A stretch of 54,713 nucleotides of DNA, from IMG/VR virus record IMGVR_UViG_3300030419_006746, positions 1-54,713 of that record; one strand, 5' to 3'. Below are positions 46,648-54,317 of the stretch, in pieces. This DNA is from a virus (taxonomy: Duplodnaviria; Caudoviricetes). The notes under the pieces were generated by a model that worked only from the letters and a program-made list of their open reading frames with translations, did not search any database and was not told the origin of the DNA. How positions within the stretch are numbered: the stretch's first letter is position 1; each line of letters opens with the position of its first letter. The position numbers and the translations under genes were made by a program.

Positions 46648-46806
46648 ATGATCGTTGGAGACCTGGTAAAGATTGTTCAGGCGGGCCTGATCGGAGTGAT
46701 AATAAAAACCGAGATGTCTTGTGAACTCAAGCTATATTGGGTCAAACTATGCGGCAAACATATGGGACTTTATCCTTTTTCAATCAATCAATTGGAGAAA
46801 ATATAA
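46648..46806 (+). CDS. MKVGDLV-family protein (52 aa, leaderless, not in the ORF track)
   Basis: MIVGDLVKI...IGVIIK...YWVKL...FSINQLEKI. Confidence 0.7.
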   Translation: MIVGDLVKIVQAGLIGVIIKTEMSCELKLYWVKLCGKHMGLYPFSINQLEKI

Positions 46807-46986
46807 ATGGATTATGTAGACTACAAAGTTCGAACTCATCTCACTCAAAGCCTTGAAGGTCAACATCCTTGCGACGATTGGGATGCCCTTAATCGAAGCC
46901 TGCTCGATCTTTACGACAACAAGAGGCTCAACGTGCGATGGAACGAGAAGAACGAGCCCGCCTTTTCCCTGAAAAAGACCACCTAG
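46807..46986 (+). CDS. 59-aa hypothetical protein, probable paralog of 52502..52738 (not in the ORF track)
   Basis: SD GGAG; LLDLYDNKRLNVRWNEKNEPAFSL. Confidence 0.55.
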   Translation: MDYVDYKVRTHLTQSLEGQHPCDDWDALNRSLLDLYDNKRLNVRWNEKNEPAFSLKKTT

Positions 46987-47061
46987 CTTCCCTGAAATTT
47001 CTTTCTTGACTTCCAAAAAAACATAAATTAGAATAGTGATAGAACCATCAAAGGAGAAAAA

Positions 47062-47214
47062 ATGATTCCACAAATTCTTGTTCTTATTCTTTTGTCCCTG
47101 AATGTCGGGGCAGCCATCGTCGGCCACGGTCAGGAGATGAGGCGAAACGCATTTCTCACCGGCTTTGACGCTGCAGCTACGCTCGGACTGCTGTATTGGG
47201 GCGGCTTTTTCTAA
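47062..47214 (+). CDS. 50-aa membrane protein ending in LLYWGGFF (not in the ORF track)
   Basis: Promoter at 47006, SD AAGGAG; MIPQILVLILL...HG...LLYWGGFF. Confidence 0.7.
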   Translation: MIPQILVLILLSLNVGAAIVGHGQEMRRNAFLTGFDAAATLGLLYWGGFF

Positions 47215-47271
47215 TAACCATTCTTCCACAATTTTCTTGACAACGAAAAAAAGATAAATTAAAATATAATC

Positions 47272-47442
47272 ATGAAAGTTGGCGACTTATTGAGTAAAAG
47301 GTCAACGGGCGACGTATGCATTCTTGTTGAGTTTGCGCTGCCCAAATTTGGAACGGAGTGGATCAAGGTGATGCGCGATGGCGAAATTTACAAGAAGTGG
47401 GTATTGGCCTCCAAATACGAGGTGATAGAACTTTATCCTTGA
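47272..47442 (+). CDS. MKVGDLV-family protein (56 aa, leaderless, not in the ORF track)
   Basis: MKVGDLLSK...VCILVE...WIKVM...YEVIE. Confidence 0.7.
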   Translation: MKVGDLLSKRSTGDVCILVEFALPKFGTEWIKVMRDGEIYKKWVLASKYEVIELYP

Positions 47443-47503
47443 CAAATAAAAAAAAGAAAACTAGAATGGTATCAGGATAGTCGAGGAGGGAAAGAAAAAT
47501 AAA

Positions 47504-48115
47504 ATGTCTTACAACGGAACGGTCTATTGCGGTTGGTGTGGACACAGAGGGCACAATCGGGCCGGGTGCCAGGAGCGAAAACAGTTCATTAAGGATAACC
47601 CCGAGTCGTCGGCGGCAAGAGCAGAAGCGCACAAGGTTCAACGACGTAAGAACCGGCCACGTGCGTGTTCGTATTGTCGTGCTGCCGGTCATACTCGGCG
47701 CACGTGTTCTGTGATTAAAGAAGATCGCGCGCTATTGGCCAAAAAACTGACTAAATCGCGAGCATCAATGCTGGCCATGGCTGCGCATAAAGGGTTTGGT
47801 CTTGGGGCACTCGTTAATGTGGCTATAGGCTGGAATGGTCCGGAGCCAGCGCTTGTAAGATCGATCAATTGGACCTTCTGCGATGAACCCTTTTTCACTG
47901 TTAACTTGGAATGGGTCAGGGATTCAATCAATCGAGTTCGAAGTATTGATATCCGTCGATTGGGCACGCCCGACGAATTAGGTGACCACAAGGTACTTTC
48001 GAAAAGCGCTTCGCTGAATGCGCCTGAAAACTGGAAAAACGGTACGCTGTATCGCGAAGATGAATATTTTCCGAAAGGTGAATCACGCCGGTCGTGGCTC
48101 TTTCATGATGTTTAA
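47504..48115 (+). CDS. Protein with two CCHC zinc knuckles
   Basis: CGWCGHRGHNRAGC and CSYCRAAGHTRRTC. Confidence 0.8.
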   Translation: MSYNGTVYCGWCGHRGHNRAGCQERKQFIKDNPESSAARAEAHKVQRRKNRPRACSYCRAAGHTRRTCSVIKEDRALLAKKLTKSRASMLAMAAHKGFGLGALVNVAIGWNGPEPALVRSINWTFCDEPFFTVNLEWVRDSINRVRSIDIRRLGTPDELGDHKVLSKSASLNAPENWKNGTLYREDEYFPKGESRRSWLFHDV

Positions 48116-48179
48116 TCCTTGACTTCCAAAAAAGAATAAAATAAAATAGCTATAGAACGATTGGGGAAGGGAAAAAACG

Positions 48180-48857
48180 ATGGAATCAGATGAGACCCGG
48201 CAACGCATCGAGAAAATCAGTAAAAAAAGTGACTGCCTCTCGCAATGGGAACAAGGCTACATCGAGTCGATTTCCGAGCAGATTGCTCGCGGTCGTCGTC
48301 TTTCGCATCGTCAGATAGAGATTGTTGAGCGCATCGAAAAAAAGGTGATGAATGCTGCTCCAGCTGACCCCAACTGGGAAGCCAACTGGGATGAAGCCAA
48401 GGCTTGGGCGTGGAAAACTGCCTGCAATTATTACGATAACAGTACTCCACGCTACTACGGTTTCATCATCGACCAGGCAAAAGCCAATCCGGATATGATC
48501 CCAAGTGAGCGGAATTACAAGAAGATTGTTGAGAACAAGTACGCTCAACGTGTGATTAACGCTCTTCGCGAAGATCCCAAATATTCGGGCGGTGATGCGG
48601 TCCAGCTTCGACCAGGCGCTCGCAAGGCGATGAGCCACAGGCAGTACGAAGGGCTCAAAGATATTCCGCTGTTTGTGGTCGAAGCTACCAGCCGTGTGAA
48701 TACTGCCTGCGCAGGTTGCCGGATTTACAGGCTTTTGCCTTCCGTTACGATGGAAGTTATTGAAATTGAAGAACGTTACATCAAGAAGTTCAAGGCTCCG
48801 AAAAAAAAGGCAACAAAATCAAAGACTAGCCGGCTCATCAAGGAAATTTCACTTTGA
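48180..48857 (+). CDS. Hypothetical protein
   Basis: Own promoter at 48119; LSQWEQGYIESI..Q...GRRLS.RQ N-terminus. Confidence 0.7.
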   Translation: MESDETRQRIEKISKKSDCLSQWEQGYIESISEQIARGRRLSHRQIEIVERIEKKVMNAAPADPNWEANWDEAKAWAWKTACNYYDNSTPRYYGFIIDQAKANPDMIPSERNYKKIVENKYAQRVINALREDPKYSGGDAVQLRPGARKAMSHRQYEGLKDIPLFVVEATSRVNTACAGCRIYRLLPSVTMEVIEIEERYIKKFKAPKKKATKSKTSRLIKEISL

Positions 48858-48858
48858 A

Positions 48859-49168
48859 CTTGACAAAGAAAAAAATATAAATGAGAATACTTGTAGAACG
48901 ACTGGGGAAGACGAAATGCAAGTCGGTGATTTGGTTAAATGCGCTCCCACGCTGCCAGATGGACGCGAGCTGGCGGTTAATCTCCGGTCGATGATGGGTC
49001 TCGTAGTCTACGTGAACGAGAATCCGCCTGCAGGCCTGGACCCTTTGCCGTATAGGGTGCATTGGATTAATCCACCCGATGGACATCCGGCAATTCAGAG
49101 CCTCAAGGGCAAAATGTTGAGGCTCGCCAATAAAAGTGCTTGACAAAGAAAAAAATATAAATGAGAAT
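48859..49168 (+). repeat. Perfect 30-bp direct repeat of a promoter (48859-48888 and 49139-49168) flanking one MQVGDLV gene
   Basis: CTTGACAAAGAAAAAAATATAAATGAGAAT occurs twice; a near copy lies at 51897. Confidence 0.93.
48916..49143 (+). CDS. MKVGDLV-family protein (75 aa)
   Basis: Start at ATG 48916, downstream of the promoter; MQVGDLVKC...MGLVVYV...YRVHW. Confidence 0.7.
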   Translation: MQVGDLVKCAPTLPDGRELAVNLRSMMGLVVYVNENPPAGLDPLPYRVHWINPPDGHPAIQSLKGKMLRLANKSA

Positions 49169-49174
49169 GGTATC

Positions 49175-50389
49175 ATGATGAACGAAAAAACGACATTCAA
49201 CCTTGATCACCACATCATCAAGCTGCTTGAGCGCGAGCCTTTCTTCGCTGCCCTCTCGCGCAGGATTAATAAGGCACCGAGCAAGCTCATTCCGACTGCA
49301 GGCGTCCGAGTTAATCCTCAAAGCCTTCAATTCGAAATGCTCTACAATCCTGAATTCTTTGCGAAATTGACGAACGAAGAGCGTCTCGCCGTACTGATGC
49401 ACGAGTTCTATCACTTGATTTTCGAGCACGTAACTGGTCGAAAGCCAAAGGATATCAATCCGCGCGTCTGGAATTTCGCAACCGATCTCGCCATCAATAG
49501 CCATTTGGAGAATCTGCCGGAAGGCTGCTTGATGCCTGGTGTCGGTCATTTTGCCGATTTTCCGAAAGGCTTGAGTGCGGAGCAGTACCTTGCACTGCTT
49601 CTCAAGAAGATGAAGGAGCAGGAAAAAGACAAAGGCGAGGGCGGTGGCGAAGGCCAGCAAGGCCTGGCTGAAGATGGCTTGCCCAAAGAGGGGCAGTTCG
49701 ATTCGCATGATGAATGGACCGATGGCGAAGGTGGAGACCAAGACGGTGAAATTGCTGGTGAGCGCATCAAGGACTTCGTCAAAAAGGCAGCAGAAGAGGC
49801 TCTGAAGCAGGGCTCATCTGGTTGGGGCTCGGTGCCGGCCAGTATGCGAAAGGACATCATGGCTCGGCTAGAGAGCAAGGTGGACTGGAAAAAGGTGCTG
49901 CGCTACTTCATCAAGACCAGTCGCCGTTCCGATAGTCGAAGCACGCCGAGAAAGGTTAACAAGCGATATCGGTACATCCATCCAGGCAAGAAGGTCAACA
50001 GGCACGCGAATATTGCGGTATCCATCGACCAATCCGGCTCTGTGAGCGATGCGATGTTGGTGGCTTTCTTCAGCGAACTGAACAAGCTTTCGGACCTGGC
50101 CAGCTTCACGGTTGTACCTTTCGACACGCGAGTCGATGAAAGCCTGGTCTTCGAATGGAAGAAAGGTCAGAAGGTCAAGAAAGAGCGGGTGATGCACGGT
50201 GGTACCGACTTCAATGCTCCAACTAAGTACGTGAACGAGAAAGGCTTCGACGGTCACATCGTTCTTACTGATATGGCTGCACCCAAGCCCGTCGCGTCCA
50301 AGTGCCAGCGAATGTGGATGACGACCAAAGATTGCTTGCGTTACCAGTACTTCCAAACCAACGAGCGAATTCTCGCAATTGATGCTTGA
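49175..50389 (+). CDS. DUF2201-type metallopeptidase-like plus VWA-domain protein
   Basis: HEFYH..FEH, WNFATDLAIN, MIDAS IDQSGS, GGTDF, VLTD. The upstream 'MLDKEK' extension in the track is promoter sequence. Confidence 0.85.
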   Translation: MMNEKTTFNLDHHIIKLLEREPFFAALSRRINKAPSKLIPTAGVRVNPQSLQFEMLYNPEFFAKLTNEERLAVLMHEFYHLIFEHVTGRKPKDINPRVWNFATDLAINSHLENLPEGCLMPGVGHFADFPKGLSAEQYLALLLKKMKEQEKDKGEGGGEGQQGLAEDGLPKEGQFDSHDEWTDGEGGDQDGEIAGERIKDFVKKAAEEALKQGSSGWGSVPASMRKDIMARLESKVDWKKVLRYFIKTSRRSDSRSTPRKVNKRYRYIHPGKKVNRHANIAVSIDQSGSVSDAMLVAFFSELNKLSDLASFTVVPFDTRVDESLVFEWKKGQKVKKERVMHGGTDFNAPTKYVNEKGFDGHIVLTDMAAPKPVASKCQRMWMTTKDCLRYQYFQTNERILAIDA

Positions 50390-50423
50390 CAGGTAAAAAA
50401 GAATTAATTAGAATAGGTACACG

Positions 50424-50633
50424 ATGAAGATTGGAGAAAACATTTTGATTGCCCCTGCTTCCGACGCGCGCCGACGAACGAAGAATCGCTTGCGTGAACA
50501 CGGCCCGAGCTTCAAGGTCCGCGCCGTCAAAAAGTCGGTGCAGTGCTTCAATGGAGCAGCAGGGGTCTTCCTTGACGCACCAGACGGTTGGTTCGGCTGG
50601 CTGCGCCTTGATGAAATAGTTGTTGACAAATAA
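50424..50633 (+). CDS. Hypothetical protein
   Basis: Promoter at 50386; RRTKNRLREHG...WFGWL. Confidence 0.65.
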   Translation: MKIGENILIAPASDARRRTKNRLREHGPSFKVRAVKKSVQCFNGAAGVFLDAPDGWFGWLRLDEIVVDK

Positions 50634-50686
50634 AAAAGAATAAACGATAATATTCATAGAACGATCGAAACAGGAGAATACAAAAC

Positions 50687-51841
50687 ATGGCGATCGACTT
50701 TAAAACCTTTCTGAAAGCGGTGCCTTATGTTATTCACTCGCGCAAGCCCATTATGCTTCGCGGGCGACACGGTATCGGCAAGAGTGAGTTGGCCTATCAA
50801 ATCGCCAGTTCGCTCGGCCTGCCGGTTGTAGAGCGCCGTGTCAGTCAAATGACCGAGGGCGATCTTCTGGGTATGCCTTCGCCTGAATCGGTCGAAGTGA
50901 ATGGCCATATGGCATCCAATTTCCGGCCTTTCGCCTGGTTCCTTCGCTCTTGTACGGAGGCTACCGTCTTGTTCTTGGACGAGTGCGACCGAGCGACGCA
51001 CGAGGTGGGGCAGTCCATCATGGAATTGACCGACTCGCGCAAGCTTGCGGGTTGGACGCTCCACCCGGATACCGTGATCGTCGCAGCGATTAACGGCGGC
51101 GAGCACGGCTCTCAATATCAAGTGAGCGAGATGGACCCGGCGCAGCTGGACCGCTTTGTGGTCTTTGATGTCGAGCCGTCCGTCGAAGACTGGCTGGAAT
51201 GGGGCAATGAAGCTTCCGACGCGCAGACTAGCGGTGAACTGGAAAGTGACGGCTGGGCTCTGGTTCGCTCCAAGGCCGAATGGAAGGCTGGAAAGGGAAT
51301 CAACAGCATCGTTTGGGACTTCATCAATCAAAACCGGGCTCACTTGGAGCATTCGGATGATTATGAGCCGAACAAGGTCTATCCGAGCCGCCGCAGCTGG
51401 AAGCGGCTCAACGATTGCCTGCTTAACGGGTCGCTGCTGGAAGAAAACGCGGACCAGACCGTCTTCTTCACGCTATCGCAGGCCCACTGCGGCCTGGAAG
51501 CGGCGGTGGCCTTCCTTGATTTTTTCAAGGCTTATGACCGACAGGTGACGTGGGAGCAGGTTGTGAACGAGGGACAGGTCGAGAAGACCAAGAACTTCGA
51601 CATCAACGAACATGCCGCAATGGTTGAGAAAATCGACGCTGCGGGTGCCTTGTCGGAGGACTTGTCCGCTGTCCAGCTGGATAACTTGGCGGAATACTTC
51701 AAGATTCTGCCGGCTGAAATCGCGATGAAGCTCTGGTCTGCCGTTGGAAAGCACACTGCGACCAGTCGCGAGAACATTGTTGGTTTCCACGCTCGCGTTC
51801 GCGAGGCTATCATTCCGCTGTTGGGAGGCACCGAGGAGTAG
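50687..51841 (+). CDS. MoxR-like AAA+ ATPase, likely partner of the VWA protein
   Basis: Walker A GRHGIGKS, GDLLGMP, Walker B LFLDECDR, AAIN, MDPAQLDRF, PSRRSW. Confidence 0.88.
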   Translation: MAIDFKTFLKAVPYVIHSRKPIMLRGRHGIGKSELAYQIASSLGLPVVERRVSQMTEGDLLGMPSPESVEVNGHMASNFRPFAWFLRSCTEATVLFLDECDRATHEVGQSIMELTDSRKLAGWTLHPDTVIVAAINGGEHGSQYQVSEMDPAQLDRFVVFDVEPSVEDWLEWGNEASDAQTSGELESDGWALVRSKAEWKAGKGINSIVWDFINQNRAHLEHSDDYEPNKVYPSRRSWKRLNDCLLNGSLLEENADQTVFFTLSQAHCGLEAAVAFLDFFKAYDRQVTWEQVVNEGQVEKTKNFDINEHAAMVEKIDAAGALSEDLSAVQLDNLAEYFKILPAEIAMKLWSAVGKHTATSRENIVGFHARVREAIIPLLGGTEE

Positions 51842-51859
51842 AATTCGTGAGAGGGGAAA

Positions 51860-51897
51860 GGGGTCCAGGGCTTTTCGCTTTGGGCCCCGCTTTTCTC
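51860..51897 (+). terminator. Probable intrinsic terminator after the AAA+ ATPase gene
   Basis: GGGGTCCAGGGC-TTTTC-GCTTTGGGCCCC (G-U-containing stem), then GCTTTTCTC. Confidence 0.6.
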
Positions 51898-51960
51898 TTG
51901 ACAAAGAAAAAAAAATAAATGAGAATATACAAGTAACGTCGAGAAAGGGACTCGGACAGG

Positions 51961-52191
51961 ATGAAAGTAGCCACGCCTTTGGAAAATGCACTTGTCGTTC
52001 GCGATGCGCTGACGCTGCCTGACGGAGTCGGGGTCGTTATGATCGACTGCTATGACTACGTCGAATACAAGCGGACTCCGTCTGGAATCGTATATGATGG
52101 CAAGGTCTACGGCCGAACGGGATGGAACAGCGACAAGCACGTTGTTTACTACCGAACTGACGCCAAGCCTGCTTTCGGACTTGACAGGTAA
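51961..52191 (+). CDS. Hypothetical protein
   Basis: Promoter at 51898; YGRTGWNSD...YYRTD. Confidence 0.65.
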   Translation: MKVATPLENALVVRDALTLPDGVGVVMIDCYDYVEYKRTPSGIVYDGKVYGRTGWNSDKHVVYYRTDAKPAFGLDR

Positions 52192-52243
52192 AAAGAATTA
52201 AATTAGAATACTCAAGTAACGTCAAGAAAGCGAGCGCTCAAAA

Positions 52244-52432
52244 ATGACCAAAAAGATGACCAAAGTTCAAGCCGAAAAGATTTTCAAAGTTTACGTTCTG
52301 CCCTTTCTCAATAACCAGAACGACTCCGGAGCGCGCCGACAAGCTTGGGCCTTCTTTGTCGACGGTCTTGAGCGAGATGGCAGCATCTCCCAGTCGCAGG
52401 CAATGCGCTGGTCGACTCCTTCGTATTGTTAA
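52244..52432 (+). CDS. Hypothetical protein
   Basis: Promoter at 52181; AW..FVD.L.RDG.IS..Q...W pattern. Confidence 0.65.
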   Translation: MTKKMTKVQAEKIFKVYVLPFLNNQNDSGARRQAWAFFVDGLERDGSISQSQAMRWSTPSYC

Positions 52433-52501
52433 ATAAAAACTTCTTGACAGCCAAAAAAGAATAAATTAGAATACCAATAGACGTTCAGAGGAGAACAAAA
52501 A

Positions 52502-52738
52502 ATGACCGAATCAGATATCTTGACCTGCCTCGCAGCCCAAACATTCGCAGCCGAGAGCAGAGGCGATGAGACCGAGGCAGCCGTCGCAGCTGCGCTATTC
52601 GAGATGTACGACCACGGCTTGGTTAACGTTGGGTCCTATGACGAGAATGGAGAGCCCCTCTTCGTTTTGAGCGAATTCGGGACCGACGAGGACTGGCAAG
52701 AGGCTTTCGAGGACTTCATGATTAAGGAGGGTTGCTAG
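52502..52738 (+). CDS. Acidic hypothetical protein
   Basis: Promoter at 52444 and SD GAGGAG. Confidence 0.7.
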   Translation: MTESDILTCLAAQTFAAESRGDETEAAVAAALFEMYDHGLVNVGSYDENGEPLFVLSEFGTDEDWQEAFEDFMIKEGC

Positions 52739-52739
52739 C

Positions 52740-52919
52740 ATGACACGTAAAGACTTCAAAATCGTGGCCCAGATTCTGGCCGAGATCAGCGACCCGTGGG
52801 CCCGCTCGCAAGCCATCAATCAAGCTTGCTTTCGACTGGGGCAGGCCTTCCCACGTTTTGACGCATCGCGCTTCCAAAAGTTCGTTCGGGATATGGAGAA
52901 AAGCGAGGGTCCCGCCTAA
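52740..52919 (+). CDS. 59-aa conserved phage protein (not in the ORF track)
   Basis: SD AAGGAGG; MTRKDF..VA..L...PRFD..RF pattern. Confidence 0.7.
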   Translation: MTRKDFKIVAQILAEISDPWARSQAINQACFRLGQAFPRFDASRFQKFVRDMEKSEGPA

Positions 52920-52997
52920 TTAGAGCCGAGAGGCGAGGCGAGATGATAGAAGAAAGCGCCCAGCGCGTAACAAGGAAACGAGAGGGAGGAATTATAA

Positions 52998-53147
52998 GTG
53001 TTTTCCAGTATTTACCAAATCAATCGCGCCACCCGGCAAGAGCTTATCGAATACCTCGAAAGCTGGGGTACCGCGTGCTACGACGACGAGCCCACCTCGC
53101 TGCTGCGCGAAGCAGCTATCGATACCTTCCGCACTGAAGGCTGTTAA
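52998..53147 (+). CDS. 49-aa hypothetical protein (not in the ORF track)
   Basis: Strong SD GGGAGGA and GTG start; FSSIYQINRATRQELIEYLESWGTACYDDEPTSLLREAAIDTFRTEGC. Confidence 0.6.
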   Translation: MFSSIYQINRATRQELIEYLESWGTACYDDEPTSLLREAAIDTFRTEGC

Positions 53148-53240
53148 CTTTCTTTTCCCTTCGCGACGAATTTTCTTGACAAAAGAAAAGAAAAAAGCGA
53201 TAATACCTATAGACGGTTGAGAAAAGGAAACAAAAAACTC

Positions 53241-53507
53241 ATGACCCATCCCTTCATTTGCTTCCCAGCTCCCAGCGACAAGGTTGTTGAGCTTGCCAAG
53301 CTCGACAGCAACATTCCTGCTGCCAAGGTCTATCGCGCCGAGACTACTGCAACGTTGCTCGATGGTACCGTTGTTCGTCCATCTCTTCGCCTGGCCTACA
53401 ATGTGGTTCGATGCTTGAAGCTAGGCATGCCTCCCCTTCTCGTTTCCGTCGAAGAAGGCTTTTACGTTCTCGACTCGCATTACAATGAGGCTCGCGATTA
53501 TCCGTAA
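53241..53507 (+). CDS. Hypothetical protein
   Basis: Promoter at 53176, SD AAGGA, ATG 53241. Confidence 0.65.
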   Translation: MTHPFICFPAPSDKVVELAKLDSNIPAAKVYRAETTATLLDGTVVRPSLRLAYNVVRCLKLGMPPLLVSVEEGFYVLDSHYNEARDYP

Positions 53508-53655
53508 AAGACGCACAACTTTCTTTTCAACGATATTAAAGACTTACAGCAAGTACCCGATATCATTGAAAAGAAAGTTCTCGACAAAAGAAAAGAATCA
53601 TGAGATAATGGTGTTCAGGAAGTCAAAAAAGCCTTTGAGGCAGGAGAAAAAAACA

Positions 53656-54183
53656 ATGTTCGAGAATTTCATGCTTGCAGTCACCGTCGCCACAGACCTC
53701 AACCTTGACAGCATCGACCTTCCGGCCGATACGCTCGACACCAAGATTCTCAAACAGTCCGAGCCCGGCGCACCTGTTCGCGAGCACGTGTCGACGGAAG
53801 AAGAAGAAGATGCGCGAATGGCTGAAATCGACGCCATCAACGCCTTCATCGCCAAGCACGGCGTTAAGAAGCCTGTGGCCGAGGATTTTACTCCCAAATC
53901 GCAGGCCTGGCGGTCCAAAAAGTCCGCAGAAAAGTTTTCCAAGAAAACGAAGACCAGCTCCAGCAACGAAGGTCGTGGACGTCCGCGTACTACTTTCGTC
54001 AAAGACCTGGCCTTCATCGTTCTGGAAGACGGCAACTTCAAGCGCGCTGGTCGTGGTCGAGCCAAGAAAGGCCAAGTGCGCGAAGTCTTCAGCATCCATC
54101 ACACTAACGTCGACAAGGCCGGCGAAGGCGTACATACTCGTTCTGCTCTGGTCGCAATGGGCAAGGAGGTCAAGTCTAGCTAA
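53656..54183 (+). CDS. Basic protein with AT-hook-like motifs
   Basis: GRGRPR and GRGRAK; promoter at 53581 and SD CAGGAG before ATG 53656. Confidence 0.65.
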   Translation: MFENFMLAVTVATDLNLDSIDLPADTLDTKILKQSEPGAPVREHVSTEEEEDARMAEIDAINAFIAKHGVKKPVAEDFTPKSQAWRSKKSAEKFSKKTKTSSSNEGRGRPRTTFVKDLAFIVLEDGNFKRAGRGRAKKGQVREVFSIHHTNVDKAGEGVHTRSALVAMGKEVKSS

Positions 54184-54317
54184 TGTTAGAACACGCTGAC
54201 TGGGAAGCCATCGCGCACGTAATTGGCTGGGCTATGTGCGCGATACTTCTTGGCTTTCATCTCGATAGAACAAATACCGGCGAGACCACAACAAATAAAA
54301 AGGTAAAAACACAATGA
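54183..54317 (+). CDS. 44-aa single-TM peptide (not in the ORF track)
   Basis: TAATG and ATGA overlaps at the two ends; AIAHVIGWAMCAILLGF. Confidence 0.5.
   Translation: MLEHADWEAIAHVIGWAMCAILLGFHLDRTNTGETTTNKKVKTQ

Larger units (their letters stand above)
38136..53609 (+). promoter_or_regulatory. Array of about 26 near-consensus sigma70-type promoters, TTGAC(A/T)-A-rich N17-(T/G)A(G/A/T)AAT
   Basis: -35 boxes at 38136, 39192, 39644, 40200, 40976, 41922, 42046, 43539, 44107, 44944, 45749, 46152, 46613, 47006, 47237, 47439, 48119, 48860, 49140, 50386, 50623, 51898, 52181, 52444, 53176 and 53581. A few have imperfect boxes. Confidence 0.85.

Noticed and set aside
11522-49143. MKVGDLV family as diversity-generating retroelement targets or integron cassettes
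   Set aside because: No reverse transcriptase or integrase in the window, no template/variable pair differing only at adenines, and no attC-like inverted repeats seen.
48760-49174. N-terminal extensions of track ORFs 48760 and 49136 (LDKEKNINEN)
   Set aside because: They are translations of the repeated promoter; the likely starts are 48916 and 49175.
52943-53137. 64-aa ORF in the track
   Set aside because: The overlapping frame 52998..53147 has a much stronger SD and a more protein-like sequence.
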